A stretch of DNA of 64,000 nucleotides from Lentimonas sp. (GTDB lineage: Bacteria; Verrucomicrobiota; Verrucomicrobiia; Opitutales; Coraliomargaritaceae). The notes below the pieces were generated by a model. It saw nothing but the letters and a program-made list of their open reading frames with translations. It searched no databases and was not told the origin of the DNA. Numbering within the stretch: the first letter of the stretch is position 1; each line of letters opens with the position of its first letter. The position numbers and the translations under genes are program-made. The stretch lies in contig JBLHTV010000001.1 in NCBI GenBank assembly GCA_047627755.1, positions 241 through 64,240 of the forward strand. Direction: 5' to 3'. Below, one piece after another: positions 30,702 to 40,706 of the stretch.

Positions 30702-31583
30702 ATGACACGACTCCTCTGCTCTCTACTCATCCTCTCAGCGTCACTTTGCCATGCACAGCAACCAGTAGGTCGTGCGTCTGCAAACGCCCCCAAAGTGCCG
30801 GATGGCATTTCGTATTCAGTGCACCAATACAGGGAGTCCGACCCGCTACGCGCGGGTCAACTGGGCATTGCAATGCCCAATGATACCAAAGGATCATTGC
30901 CCGTGGTCGTTTGTATTCATGGCGGTGGTTGGGCGAAGGGCGACAAAGACCAGATGGCTTGGATGGCCATCCGCTATGCCCAGCGCGGCTATATCGGCGT
31001 GACAATCAGTTATCGACTCAATCACGAAGCTCCGCTGCCAGCCTGCATCCTCGATGTCAAAGAAACCATTCGCTACGTGAAAAGCATCAGCGATGATCTC
31101 CACGCAGATCCGGAACGCATCGCAGTGCTCGGTTACAGCGCTGGTGCGCACTTGGCGTTAATGATCGGCCTCAGCCCCGAAGCCGCAGAATTCAACAGCG
31201 CCGCTTATCCCGAACAAGACTCGTCAGTCGATTGTGTCGTCGCCATCTCCGCCCCCGCAGATCTCAGCGAACGACTCAAACGTCGTGGCAAACTCGGCTT
31301 CATCGCTGAGGGCCAAGCAACGGATGCCAACTTCATTCGCTCCATCTCACCACTGACTTGGATGAATCGACAACAAGTCCCAGTGCTCATGCTCCACGGC
31401 GACCAGGATCCCATTGTCCCCTCTTACAACTATGAGAACTTCGCAGACAAGTGTGATGACCTAGCCATTGACAATTTCGAACTCTACGTGAACGAAGGCG
31501 GGAAGCACATGTTCTTCTTCAAAGAGCAAGCGACCACACACCCCATCGTTGATCGCTTTCTGGCAAAGCACCTTAAACCTTAG
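30702..31583 (+). CDS. Alpha/beta hydrolase (HSL/BD-FAE-like esterase)
   Basis: HGGGW, GYSAG nucleophile elbow, HGDQDPIVP and GGKH motifs; signal peptide. Confidence 0.9.
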   Translation: MTRLLCSLLILSASLCHAQQPVGRASANAPKVPDGISYSVHQYRESDPLRAGQLGIAMPNDTKGSLPVVVCIHGGGWAKGDKDQMAWMAIRYAQRGYIGVTISYRLNHEAPLPACILDVKETIRYVKSISDDLHADPERIAVLGYSAGAHLALMIGLSPEAAEFNSAAYPEQDSSVDCVVAISAPADLSERLKRRGKLGFIAEGQATDANFIRSISPLTWMNRQQVPVLMLHGDQDPIVPSYNYENFADKCDDLAIDNFELYVNEGGKHMFFFKEQATTHPIVDRFLAKHLKP

Positions 31584-31611
31584 TCGTTCAGATCGAAACT
31601 CAGCATATAAG

Positions 31612-33252
31612 ATGAGACGCATACGGCACGCACTACTGACTCTTCTTCTCGCAGTATCACCGCTGGTGCTCGTGGCAGAGAGCTTGTTGTATGACTTCAG
31701 CTCGAATGACAATACAGCCACACTCAGTATTCAGTCAGGTAAAGCTGAAATCAACGAGGACGGACTATTTATCGAAGCAACGCCTCATGAAGCGATTGAG
31801 CTGACATTCGAAGGTGACTTTGATTTCAGCGACTGGATCTACCTAAGCTGGGATATGGAGTATCGATCATCGCCTGAAGCTCGCTTCGATATAAACATCG
31901 CAGGCGAGTATAAGGATGTGCCTTGGGGGCCGCGTAAGTTCAAACAGACACACAGCGGCTTTCTCAAAAACAAGGAAACGAGGCGCTTTGACTGCACACT
32001 CGTGAGAACCTACAACAGCACGCCCATGACTCCACTGGCAAAGGAGTTCACGGCTATGAATGCTTATCCCAATGGCCTGTCATATAACCATCATGGAATC
32101 ATTCCTCCGGGTGTCAAAAGCGTCTCCTTCCGCATGGAGCCAAACAATACGACACGAAAACTTTGGATCCGGAAGATCCGCTTGATCCGGCCAGCACAAC
32201 ATCCGTTGCACGCAAAACACAAGGATGCCTTCTTTCCTTTTATCGACGCCTACGGCCAGTTCAAACACGAAACCTGGCCGGGCAAAATCATGCATGACGA
32301 TGACTTCAAGCAATCGCTGCAAGCAGAGGATCAATTCTTCAAAGAGCACCCACGGCCCAAGCACGTATCCAAGTATGGAGGTAACAAAGAAGGGCCACGT
32401 CTACATGCCACCGGCCGGTTTCGTGTCGACCAACACGAAGGCCGCTGGACGCTCGTCGACCCTGAAGGCTACCTCTTTGTATCAACAGGCGTAAATATTG
32501 TAGGAAGTGTCCTGACTTCAACCAAGGTGCATGAGCGCTCGCATTACTTCGAAGGCTTGCCTCCAATCGATGGCATGTTCAGCGACTGCTATAAGCACGG
32601 CAAGCAATCTTTCAACCACGGCGAAGCCAACCTGATCCGCAAATATGGCCAGCAATACGAGTCCGCTTACGTTGAGCGCTGTCTCAAACGTCTACAACAC
32701 TGGGGCTTCAATACACTCGGTGGTTGGTCGATCGATGATTTCTCGGGCATTCCCGAGAGCCTCCGCATCCCCTACACGCTCAACCTGAATGTGACTTGGA
32801 AACTGCCACGCCCATGGATCAACAAGAAGATGATGGACGTTTACGATCCACGCTGGGAGCAGCAACTAGAAGCAGAGTTTGCAGCCTATTCAAAACGCGT
32901 GAAAGACGACCCCTGGCTGATCGGCGCCTTCGTCAACAACGAGCTACACTGGGAGAAGCCGAAAGCCTTTGCTAAATCGCTCCTAAGTATGGAGATGGCC
33001 GTGCCCGGTAAACAGCGCTACATCGAATGCTTAAGAGAAGAACTACAAACAATCAACATCTATATGGACAGCGTGTTGGCAGACCCCAAGTGCCTCGGCG
33101 CCCATTGGTTCATGATGGCCGACGAAGCCACAGCCGGATTCAATGGAAACGAAAGTTATAATAGTGGCTTTCTTTCGGTCGCCGACCAGCCCTACTACGA
33201 ATTCCTCGAACAGGTAATTGCCTATAACAACGGCTTGTATTCCAGGTTCTAG
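31612..33252 (+). pseudogene. GH50 beta-agarase-like protein with probable in-frame internal deletion
   Basis: FIDAYGQF..WPGK, ATGRFRV...RWTLVDPEGY, WGFNTLGGWS, VNNEL.W and GAHWF...E.YN.G motifs. The segment that carries the nucleophile (GEF.F-like) appears absent. Confidence 0.7.
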
Positions 33253-33294
33253 AGCCTTCTATTTCTTTGAATTTTGTAGCCTGCAGCTTAAGCA

Positions 33295-34692
33295 CTACTC
33301 AAACTTGACGAGTGCTTCAGCTTCAGCTTCTTCACTGTATTTTGGGTTAAGGTCCGATGGAACCGGTGCCCCGATACGCTGCCGCCAATTATCGAGGACA
33401 CGCTTCAGCTCTGCGGTCTTCTCTGGCTGTGCTGCTGCCAGATTATGACGCTCGCCGCGATCTTTGGATAGATCGTAAAGCTCGAGCGCACCCTCTTCGA
33501 AATATTCGTGTAACTTCCACTGACCGACACGCACCGCAGAACCCGGACGTGTGCGAAATAGCGGATCACGTGCCTGATCTTTTGCCCCATTATAGGCCTG
33601 TAGATACACCGGAAAATGCCAGAATTGCGGAACCGCTTTCCAGTCGCCTGTCCCAGTTAACAGTGGCATCAGGCTGACGCCATCGAGGTCAGGCGAACAA
33701 TCCAGTCCAGCAACCTCCATAAAGGTCGGATAAAAATCGAGCGCATTGACGACTTCCTCTGAACGTCCGGCTTTGATCGTGCCCGGCCAACTCAAGATCA
33801 TCGGCTCACGAATCCCACCTTCGTAATACGAGCCCTTACCTGCACGCCAAGGCATCTGTGCATTGACAGCCGCGATACCGCCATTATCGGAGCAAAACAC
33901 AACTAGTGTTGTTTCCGTCAGACCATTTATCTCTAAAGCTGCTAGCACTTTGCCAATCGCTTCATCTAACTTCTCCACCATCGACGCATAGGCGGTGTCC
34001 GACCACGAACCGGTATAATGGTCCACATACTCAGGCACAGCCGTAATCGGTCCATGCACTAAGTAAGGTGAGAAATGAATGAACATCGGTTCCTCGCGAT
34101 ACATTTCGATGAAGCGCACAGCTTCCTCGGCAAAGATATCGATACGGTGCGTCTTCTCTGGAACAGTGTCCGACCATGCTTCCATCGAGCCCCCCTTCCA
34201 CGGAGAGAAATAACCTCCACCTTTTGGCCCACCCGTATGATCACCACCAATATTGACTTCAAATCCGTCCTGTAACGGGTCTTCACCAATATGGTATTTC
34301 CCCAAATGAATCGTGCGGTAACCGCCAGCTCTCAAAGCCTCTGCCATCGTCACTACCTCACCTGGCAGATGAATACGATTCTTGGTTGGAATCAATTTCC
34401 GATACGCCGACTTGCCCCGCTCCGAGGTTCCAACCGTATAGACTCCATGCCGTGCTCCCCACTGTCCGCTATGCACACACGCACGACTAGGTGCACAGTT
34501 GGCAGCTGGCGCATAGCCATTTTCAAATACTAAACCTTCTGCTGCTAAACGATCCAGATGCGGCGTGCGAAACTTTGAATTATTATACCCGACATCCATG
34601 ACACCTAAATCATCCGCGTTAATGTAGAGGATATTAGGCGACGCAGATACCAGACCTGCTGATACTAAAAAAGCGAACATTCGAATCATCAT
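33295..34692 (-). CDS. S1 sulfatase
   Basis: DDLG, CAPSR, GKYH, SDNGG, WHFPVYL and FRTRP motifs. Confidence 0.92.
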   Translation of the reverse strand: MMIRMFAFLVSAGLVSASPNILYINADDLGVMDVGYNNSKFRTPHLDRLAAEGLVFENGYAPAANCAPSRACVHSGQWGARHGVYTVGTSERGKSAYRKLIPTKNRIHLPGEVVTMAEALRAGGYRTIHLGKYHIGEDPLQDGFEVNIGGDHTGGPKGGGYFSPWKGGSMEAWSDTVPEKTHRIDIFAEEAVRFIEMYREEPMFIHFSPYLVHGPITAVPEYVDHYTGSWSDTAYASMVEKLDEAIGKVLAALEINGLTETTLVVFCSDNGGIAAVNAQMPWRAGKGSYYEGGIREPMILSWPGTIKAGRSEEVVNALDFYPTFMEVAGLDCSPDLDGVSLMPLLTGTGDWKAVPQFWHFPVYLQAYNGAKDQARDPLFRTRPGSAVRVGQWKLHEYFEEGALELYDLSKDRGERHNLAAAQPEKTAELKRVLDNWRQRIGAPVPSDLNPKYSEEAEAEALVKFE

Positions 34693-34747
34693 AGCCTCAG
34701 ATTCTCCTTTAGCAGCTCAATCGCAACCGAATACATATATAGAAGTG

Positions 34748-35431
34748 CTATGGAGCCTCTGTAGCTACAATTGCAATATTATCAACGGACAGCCCTACGG
34801 GAGTCGTGCCATCAATTCCCACCTCAATACGAAACGCGACTGTTTGCCCAGGCTCTAAAAGCAGATCACCCATCTTAGCTAAAGTAACATCCGAATCATA
34901 CCAGATCCGCTCACTTGGGCGCAGCTTATCAGTCACACAGAACCCCGCCCATGGCAGGTCCTCTAAGTCACTCACCCCAGACAGGTGAGAGATTTGCACC
35001 CATGATTCTCCATAAGTTCCATAAATCAACTTGCAGTCAAAATGTATCGATTTTAACTCGACGATTCGCTCAGTCATATTGGTCAACATAAAGTCCAAAC
35101 GACCAATGTTCTTATTCACACCGTTGGCGCACAGCAATACTCCTGAATCCAATTCTACGGGCGTATTCACAGCATATAAGCTGCCATAGTAATTGGGGGA
35201 TTCTTTTGTGTTGAATTTGACGACCTTCTGGCCACCACCTGCACCACCGACAATCTGATCAATGACAACGTTTCCCATCGTTGCTCTAAACCCCGGAGCA
35301 ATCTCATCAGGTGCCTCAGTAGCCAGGGGCTGCCCCATGGTCTCAAAGCTATGCCAGCCGACAATGACCTCATCAGCTTTTACGAACGAAACAAATAAGA
35401 ACGATACTAGAATTGGATAAATAATACGCAT
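34748..35431 (-). CDS. Secreted hypothetical beta-sandwich protein
   Basis: Signal peptide ending VKA. Alternating hydrophobic strands, ending in DNIAIV. Confidence 0.75.
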   Translation of the reverse strand: MRIIYPILVSFLFVSFVKADEVIVGWHSFETMGQPLATEAPDEIAPGFRATMGNVVIDQIVGGAGGGQKVVKFNTKESPNYYGSLYAVNTPVELDSGVLLCANGVNKNIGRLDFMLTNMTERIVELKSIHFDCKLIYGTYGESWVQISHLSGVSDLEDLPWAGFCVTDKLRPSERIWYDSDVTLAKMGDLLLEPGQTVAFRIEVGIDGTTPVGLSVDNIAIVATEAP

Positions 35432-35502
35432 AACAGTCTGGGGTGGATTTCAACGGAACCGACGTCTCACAAGTAGATACTGTTTAAGTGAGAACTGGCA
35501 CA

Positions 35503-35572
35503 ACTTAACTGACTCAAAGACACCAATGACAAGCCATTCCAGCAAAACTACGATTCTACAAACAACATAGCC
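35503..35572 (-). promoter_or_regulatory. Conserved promoter/activator site, copy 1
   Basis: 49/70 ungapped identity to 46709-46778. Minus-strand consensus TGTTTGTAGrATCGTAG-N14-CTTGTCAT-N16-GTTAAGT. Confidence 0.75.
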
Positions 35573-35651
35573 TCAATCGATAAGGTTACATCATTGCATG
35601 CCGCCTCTGTTCGAGCATTTTAGGCGAAACAATTTCACGCACAGAATTTAC

Positions 35652-36578
35652 TTACAGTGCGTCGTCATTTAAGTAAGACGATAGACTACCATAATGGTGT
35701 AACATGATACACCGAACCTGTAAATTGCCAGCATAGCGAATTCGTAGACTGTCGAGAGCTGCTCGAAATTCTGTAGCAGGCACACCTCCAAAACTGATGT
35801 GCGCTTCTTTACCGGAAAGCTTACTGGTCTCCATCGCCGGAGCTACGGAGCGAAACATCGATTGGTCTGCCGCGTATTTTATCTCATCGGCAACCAATAG
35901 AGCCGTCGTGCCTGGATCCCTCCGATACGACATAATTCCGACCCAATCGACTCGATCCTGAATATGATATACAAAGCGTTTCGTGCTCCCCTCATAACGC
36001 AGTTCATGTTCAGCCTTGTCCCACCAGAAAGGCACATCCACTGCTAGTTCTAGCTCAGGAGCTTCGGCATTCAAATACACCCGTGCCTCATCTAGAAAAC
36101 TCAGATAATCGAACATGACCGTCTTACGCGACTCGCCCCCCGCTTTCCACTCAGCAGTTAGATAGGGTTCTACATCAAACTTAATGCCTAACAGCTTCGC
36201 GCCCTCCGGCAGTGTTTGAATAGAGGCAACGATGGCCTCAATTGCGGACATCGTGCGCGTGTGATTCTCCGCAAAGAACATCTTCTTGTCGCCTCGCAAA
36301 GCATTCACCGTGATTCCGCGTTCAGCCGCCTCGATAATTAATTGCCTAAAGGCATCCGCGTTCGCGATCGCCCCATTACGTATACTCACATGCTGATCAA
36401 TGTGCGTAATCCCCTCTCGCTCACAAAAGTCGAACATAGTCACACGTGACTCGGGACGATCAAAATGAGCTTGTTTCCACGCCCACATGCCAAGATCGGA
36501 ACGTGACTCATTGGCCACGCAAAAACTCCCAGCGATCATTAGACTCAAAGCTGCAAATAGTGATCGGATCATTACCAT
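35652..36578 (-). CDS. Secreted hypothetical protein, possible TIM-barrel glycosidase-like fold
   Basis: Signal peptide from ATG 36578/36572; MWAW, GIKFDVEPY, DVPFWWD, IMSYR and MET motifs. Confidence 0.7.
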   Translation of the reverse strand: MVMIRSLFAALSLMIAGSFCVANESRSDLGMWAWKQAHFDRPESRVTMFDFCEREGITHIDQHVSIRNGAIANADAFRQLIIEAAERGITVNALRGDKKMFFAENHTRTMSAIEAIVASIQTLPEGAKLLGIKFDVEPYLTAEWKAGGESRKTVMFDYLSFLDEARVYLNAEAPELELAVDVPFWWDKAEHELRYEGSTKRFVYHIQDRVDWVGIMSYRRDPGTTALLVADEIKYAADQSMFRSVAPAMETSKLSGKEAHISFGGVPATEFRAALDSLRIRYAGNLQVRCIMLHHYGSLSSYLNDDAL

Positions 36579-36685
36579 ATTCAAATATAAGCCCACCAAG
36601 GACTCTATGAGCAACAAAAACTCATTCAAAAGACCGTAAAAGGAAGCCCAATACCTGATGAGAAATGTTTTAGATCGTATCACGA

Positions 36686-37033
36686 ATGCAAAGCCGTCCG
36701 TTTCGAAGTAAGATGCCAACCTCACCTCGATTCTCTTCCGCTTACTCAGAAATAATTAGTTTAAAAGATGAACAATCGGTCAATTCAGGCACCGGCACTG
36801 CAATGGCTGCCCTCAGCGATAATTGGGGAAGTCTCGACGGAAATGGCCATCTGGTGATCAGTCAAAGTGCAGGACGAAACAATCCATTCATGGGCTCCGC
36901 GGCCTTTAGCGGTCAGATCGACACACCGAACGCCATCGACAGTCAGCTAGAATGCGTGACATCGAACATTTCATCCGACAGCGATCAGTATTTCTATCGC
37001 GTAGAGCTAAACAGAATCGACCCGCTGCTCTAG
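36686..37033 (+). pseudogene. Probable remnant of a large secreted protein with an FYRV C-terminal tail
   Basis: Short Ser/Asn/Gly-rich ORF ending VTSNISSDSDQYFYRVEL. No credible signal peptide. Confidence 0.4.
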
Positions 37034-37098
37034 GCATGTTTGATTCCATCAGAACACGGCCATTTGATGAAAATGGAACGTAAACAAGCTCAAATACT

Positions 37099-38502
37099 AT
37101 GCTCAGATACACCCTCCTCCTCCTTGTATGCTGTAGTCACCTCTTCGCTGAGGTGCACATGGGCAATGGCATCAAGATCGGCGAAGTCGATTCGGACAGT
37201 GCCATCATTTGGACACGCCTCACCGCCACCCCAGAGCGCAACACCGAGGGGCAGCTATTTCCGCCTTCGATCCCCGGTGATCCGAACAGCGTGTGGCCAA
37301 AGACACAGCCCGACTTCCCAGATCTGAGCAGTATGCAAGGCAGCCTCATCGGTGCCAAGGGCGAGGTGCGCTTCCACTACTGGCCCGCAGGCGCACAAGA
37401 CAACACGGCAACGTCAAAGTGGCAGACTGTGTATCCGAAGAACGACTACACGCATCAGTTTCAGCTGAAGTCACTCACGCCCGCAACACAGTATCAGCTG
37501 CTCGTAGAAGGACGAAACGCCCAAGGCTCATCCAGTCAACTAAAGGGCAGCTTTCGCACTGCACCCGCAGCAAAGAGCTCTAGCGACATACGCTTCGTCG
37601 TCACCACATGTGGCGATTATCCACGTCGTGACGATCCGCTAAACGGACATAGAATCTACCCACAAATGCAGACACTCGATCCGGACTTCTTCGTCCATAC
37701 CGGCGACATCGAGTATTACGACAAACCCGCCCCCTACGCCAAGAATCTAGAACTCGCGCGCTTCAAATGGAACCGCATCTACTCAATGCCGTTCTTGCGA
37801 ACGTTCCACAATCAAACGGCCAGCTACTTCATGAAGGATGACCATGACACCACCTGCGACGACGCATGGCCAGGCAAAGACTACTTCGACCTGACCTGGG
37901 AGCAAGGCCTTGCGACCTTCCGCGAACAAGTGCCCATGGGCGAAAAGACCTATCGGACCATCCGCTGGGGCAAAGACCTGCAAATCTGGCTCGTCGAAGG
38001 CCGCGATTTCCGCAGTGCAAACGACAGTCCCGATGGCCCCGAGAAAACCATCTGGGGGGCCGAGCAAAAACAATGGTTTTACGATACCGTGCAAGCATCT
38101 GACGCTACTTTCAAAGTATTGATCAGCCCCACTCCCATCGTGGGTCCGGATCGTAGCAATAAAAACGACAACCATGCCAATAAGGGCTTCACTCATGAAG
38201 GTGATGAGATTCGCGCATTCCTCGCAGCACAGCCGAACATGACGATCGTCTGTGGAGACCGCCATTGGCAATATGCATCCATCGATCCGGACACCGGACT
38301 CCGCGAATTTTCCTGCGGCCCCGCATCTGATCGACATGCCGCGGGCTACAGCGAAAATCAGCGTAAAGATATGCATCGCTTCCTACGCATTAAAGGTGGA
38401 TTCCTAAGAGTCGACGTCGATAGCGCTGAGCAGACGATCCATTTCAACCACCATGCAGTCGATGGTAGCGTCGTCTATCACGAGCGCTTTCAAGCAAACT
38501 AA
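37099..38502 (+). CDS. phoD: PhoD-family metallophosphoesterase
   Basis: SAIIWTR, FRTAP, HTGDIEYYD, DDHD, WGAEQKQW and GDRHW motifs. Confidence 0.88.
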   Translation: MLRYTLLLLVCCSHLFAEVHMGNGIKIGEVDSDSAIIWTRLTATPERNTEGQLFPPSIPGDPNSVWPKTQPDFPDLSSMQGSLIGAKGEVRFHYWPAGAQDNTATSKWQTVYPKNDYTHQFQLKSLTPATQYQLLVEGRNAQGSSSQLKGSFRTAPAAKSSSDIRFVVTTCGDYPRRDDPLNGHRIYPQMQTLDPDFFVHTGDIEYYDKPAPYAKNLELARFKWNRIYSMPFLRTFHNQTASYFMKDDHDTTCDDAWPGKDYFDLTWEQGLATFREQVPMGEKTYRTIRWGKDLQIWLVEGRDFRSANDSPDGPEKTIWGAEQKQWFYDTVQASDATFKVLISPTPIVGPDRSNKNDNHANKGFTHEGDEIRAFLAAQPNMTIVCGDRHWQYASIDPDTGLREFSCGPASDRHAAGYSENQRKDMHRFLRIKGGFLRVDVDSAEQTIHFNHHAVDGSVVYHERFQAN

Positions 38503-38514
38503 GCCCCAGCAAAG

Positions 38515-39942
38515 ATGTTACGGATAGGACTCATAACACTCGCCTTCACCTGCTCTAGCTTAGCTACAGTTGCATCGGATCAACTAAACGTTCTCCTCAT
38601 TTGCATCGATGACTTAAGGCCTGAGCTTAACTGCTTTGGTGCCGACTATATCCATTCGCCCAATATTGACCGCCTAAGCGCCAGTGGTCGGGCATTTCAT
38701 CATCATTACGTGAATGCGCCCACCTGCGGAGCCTCGCGCTACACCCTGCTCACTGGCACCTACGGGCCCAGCTCCAATTACGGTCTCTTTGAGCGCGTCA
38801 AACGCCTGAATCAACGACTCGATACGGTCACCCCCAGTATGCCTGCCTGGTTCCGCAGCAATGGCTACACTACAGTGGCTGTTGGTAAAGTGTCCCACCA
38901 CCCGGGTGGGCTCGGAGGCAGTGACTGGAACCTGCCCGACCGAATGGAAATGCCCAATTCCTGGGATAAAAGTCTACAACCGGTCGGAGACTGGCAGCAC
39001 CCGCGCGGAGTGATGCATGCCCTCGCCCAGGGTAATATCCGTGAAAAATCCAATGAGCACCCCGTATATGAAGCCTTCGAGCGCGACGACCAAAGCTACC
39101 CCGATGGATGGATTACCGACGCGGCCATAAGTGAGCTCAAGGCTCTAGGGGAAGCCGATCAGCCCTTCTTTCTCGCGGTCGGCTTGATTCGTCCTCACCT
39201 ACCGTTTGGAGCACCCAAAAACTATCTCGATATATACGACGCAGTCGAACTCCCCCCCATCCCCCATCCGAAAAAACCCACACACCAGAGCACCTGGCAC
39301 AGATCGGGCGAGTTCATGAAATACCAACGCTGGTCACTGAACCCGAATACCGATGCCGACTTTGCAAGCGAAGTGCGCCGTCACTATGCCGCTTGTGTCA
39401 GCTACGCCGATGCCCAAGTCGGCAAACTACTCGACCAGCTCGAACAATCCCGCCTCAACGACAATACCATCGTCATCCTCTGGGGCGATCACGGATGGCA
39501 CCTCGGTGAACACGCAGTCTGGGGCAAACATACCCTGTTCGAAGAATCTCTACGCGCACCACTGATTATTCGCTATCCCGACATCCCAACCCCCGGCTCT
39601 GCAAGCGCTGCCATCGTCGAAACGATCGACCTGTTTCCCACCCTGTGCGAACTGGCAGCGCTTCCCGCTCCGAAATTCTCAGACGGGCAAGCACTCACTC
39701 CACAGCTCAAAGACCCCAAGCAACCAGGCCACTCCGCCATCGGCTATCAAGCCAAGCGACAGACGATTCGAACTGTGCGTTATCGACTGATCGTCCATTC
39801 AAACGGTTACACCGAACTCTACGACCACCAAAGTTCCGAATTGGAAACCAAAAATATTGCAGTAGATCATCCGAAACTAGTCCAAAAACTGAGCAAGGAG
39901 CTCAGCCAACGACTAAATTCATCTGACGACTTTTCAGAGTAA
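38515..39942 (+). CDS. S1 sulfatase (iduronate-2-sulfatase-like) with CxAxR motif
   Basis: DDLRP, CGASR, GKVSH, RPHLPF, GDHG and WGKH motifs. Confidence 0.92.
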   Translation: MLRIGLITLAFTCSSLATVASDQLNVLLICIDDLRPELNCFGADYIHSPNIDRLSASGRAFHHHYVNAPTCGASRYTLLTGTYGPSSNYGLFERVKRLNQRLDTVTPSMPAWFRSNGYTTVAVGKVSHHPGGLGGSDWNLPDRMEMPNSWDKSLQPVGDWQHPRGVMHALAQGNIREKSNEHPVYEAFERDDQSYPDGWITDAAISELKALGEADQPFFLAVGLIRPHLPFGAPKNYLDIYDAVELPPIPHPKKPTHQSTWHRSGEFMKYQRWSLNPNTDADFASEVRRHYAACVSYADAQVGKLLDQLEQSRLNDNTIVILWGDHGWHLGEHAVWGKHTLFEESLRAPLIIRYPDIPTPGSASAAIVETIDLFPTLCELAALPAPKFSDGQALTPQLKDPKQPGHSAIGYQAKRQTIRTVRYRLIVHSNGYTELYDHQSSELETKNIAVDHPKLVQKLSKELSQRLNSSDDFSE

Positions 39943-39983
39943 TACCACCTCCCCTAACGCATGCTCTACTCATGAAACCGATT

Positions 39984-40691
39984 CTAGTATAGCGCCTCTG
40001 GGAGTCGATCTGAAAAGGTAAAGAGCTCCACTTCGAGATTTGAGCTTTGTTCCGCCCCATCACTTTTAGCCTGCCGACCGCCCTCGCGCAGCAGCGCGAC
40101 CGCAGTCATACGACTGTTTGGCAAAATCACCTTTGGGCTATTGAAAAACTGCTCCCATTCACCGCCGGATCGTTTGTAGACCGCAATGAGTCCAACCACT
40201 GGCCGACGGCCTTTATGTGCGACTGGTAACACTTCGAAACCACCGGCCTCGACTTCGACGACGTCGTCGCCGATTTTAAGCATCACTTCAACTGGCAACG
40301 AATTCACCAAACGTAGCTGACAATTTTCTTTCATTTTAAAAGAGTCATCCAGCACCGCCATAGACCATTTATTTGGGCTACACCTTAACAATGCCGTATG
40401 TGGATTTTCGACTGATCGAATAGACGCTGAAGCCACGCTCTCGTAGACTGCTTCGCCTTCGACCATTTTTTTTCGAAAGAAGCTGACTGTCTGCCCAGAT
40501 CCCATTGCAACCTGGAAATACCGACCGATACGGTATGGTGTAATTTCCAGACTCTGGTAAGCACCTTCGACGTCCATGTAGTAAAGATCGGTGCCTGTGG
40601 TATTGATTGCCAAGACGCGCACCGTTGCAGCTTCAACGGCTAAAGAGAGCGAAGCAAATAAGAGGTAAAGAACTACGAATCGTTGGATCAT
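39984..40691 (-). CDS. Secreted hypothetical protein, downstream partner of the PilX-like protein
   Basis: Signal peptide ending VEA; all-beta pattern; starts 15 nt after the giant gene's stop. Confidence 0.75.
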   Translation of the reverse strand: MIQRFVVLYLLFASLSLAVEAATVRVLAINTTGTDLYYMDVEGAYQSLEITPYRIGRYFQVAMGSGQTVSFFRKKMVEGEAVYESVASASIRSVENPHTALLRCSPNKWSMAVLDDSFKMKENCQLRLVNSLPVEVMLKIGDDVVEVEAGGFEVLPVAHKGRRPVVGLIAVYKRSGGEWEQFFNSPKVILPNSRMTAVALLREGGRQAKSDGAEQSSNLEVELFTFSDRLPEALY

Positions 40692-40706
40692 AAAAGCACT
40701 GGTTGT

